64,000 bases of DNA from Octopus bimaculoides. Taxonomy: Eukaryota. The notes beneath the pieces were generated by a model. That model did no database searches. It was given only the letters and a program-made list of their open reading frames with translations, and was not told the origin of the DNA. Below are positions 62,772 to 64,000 of the stretch, in pieces. A program made the position numbers and the translations under genes. The stretch lies in assembly GCF_001194135.2 (NCBI RefSeq), contig NC_068981.1, forward strand, positions 3,977,334 through 4,041,333, read 5' to 3'. How positions within the stretch are numbered: the first letter of the stretch is position 1; each line of letters begins with the position of its first letter.

Positions 62772-63639
62772 GACATGGCTGTGTTGGTAAGAAGCTTGCT
62801 CCTCAACCACATGGTTCTGGGTTCAGTTCCAATGCATGGCACTTTGGGCAAGTATCTTCCTTTGTAGCCTTGGACCAACCAAAGCCTTGTGAGTGGATTT
62901 GGTAGATGGAAACTGAAAGAAGCCTGTCATGTGTGTGTGCGTCAGTGTTTATCTCCTACCCCCACTTGCAACTGGTGTTGGTATATTTACATCCCTGTAA
63001 CTTAGCAGCTCAACAAAAAGACCAATAGGATAAATAGCAAGCTTAAAAAAAAAATTTTTTTTTAATAAATACTGGGGTTGATTCAGTCGACTAAAAATCC
63101 TTCAAGGCAGTGCCCCAGTATGGCCACAATCAAATGACTGAAACAAGTCAAAAATAATAAAAAACAAAACATAAAAAACTCAAATTCAAACAGCTATTAT
63201 AAAATGAAAAGAGTGGAGTGCAGTGAAATATTGAAGGAAAAGAAAAATCAATCTTATGTCGGACTTGACATTTACTAATGTATGTGTGTGCGTGTATGTA
63301 TTATAAATATATATATACACACACACACATATATATATATATGTATGTATATATAATACAAATAATAAGCCAGCAAAATAATGAATACTATAGACATTCA
63401 AGGGTAAAGGACAGTTGAAACAACAAGGCTCTCAGAAATCTACTTAGAAGAAAAAAAAAAGTCCACAACAGATGTTAAAGGAAAGCCAGCACGTGATGCT
63501 ATGGTGCTTCTCTCCATACGACTGACAGTAGAGAGACTCACCATTATTTCATCATTAGACGCTACTGATAAAACAACTATTCAGAGCTAATGAAATAAAG
63601 CTAAAAACCCGAACCAAGTGAGCAAACTGGAAATCCCTC

Positions 63640-63727
63640 ATATATATATATATGCATATAAATATATACATTTACATAAATATATACATATATATATACA
63701 TATACATATATATACATATATATATAC

Positions 63728-63758
<31 letters not shown>

Positions 63759-63760
63759 TT
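63640..63760. repeat. (TA)n/(TACA) microsatellite
   Basis: Direct reading. Confidence 0.95.
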
Positions 63761-64000
63761 AATTTTGCTCTCCTCGTATTTTTTACTTCGCTTCCATCAC
63801 CGCTTCAGACTCTCTCCAATATTTTTACTTATACACGCATGTTTTAACATTTTTATACTTCCATCTGGAGATTTTTTTTTAAATCTATTAATTTATACAA
63901 ATATATTCTTAATATATTTATTTATTTATAGATCCTTGAAAAAAATGTCTGTATTTATATATTTTTATTCTATCATGTACATTTGTCTTTTAAATCCATC

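Noticed and set aside
63535-63620. Strong GTGAGT donor on the - strand near 63541
   Set aside because: Upstream sequence has no GDI-like coding content. It could be a UTR exon, but there is no support from sequence alone.

Overview
AT-rich, microsatellite- and repeat-dense eukaryotic DNA from a short-read assembly with 8 N-gaps. The repeat families resemble octopus/coleoid cephalopod repeats; that assignment is inference from recall, not a search. Two convergent spliced genes are supported. On the + strand is a 2-coding-exon CECR6/TMEM121-family membrane protein (9395-9560 joined to 13163-13911, 304 aa). On the - strand is a Rab GDP-dissociation inhibitor with 10 coding exons read by hand (44355 down to 27114, all GT-AG and in frame); its first 15-codon exon was not found. 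The rest is SINE-like retroposons of at least 4 families, LINE remnants (RTE, L1/Tx1, CR1-like), DNA-transposon relics (mariner, maT-like Tc1/mariner, piggyBac, hAT MITEs) and many fold-back elements. The most unusual signal is a set of type-I hammerhead-ribozyme-like motifs in Penelope-like repeats: an inverted pair with a ~58-nt stem II at 41.6-41.9 kb, a minimal one at 53.8 kb, and a tRNA-headed element with a degenerate one next to an opposite-strand one at 36.3-36.7 kb. All alignments and folds were done by eye, repeat boundaries are approximate unless a TSD or TIR is quoted, and ribozyme activity is untested.
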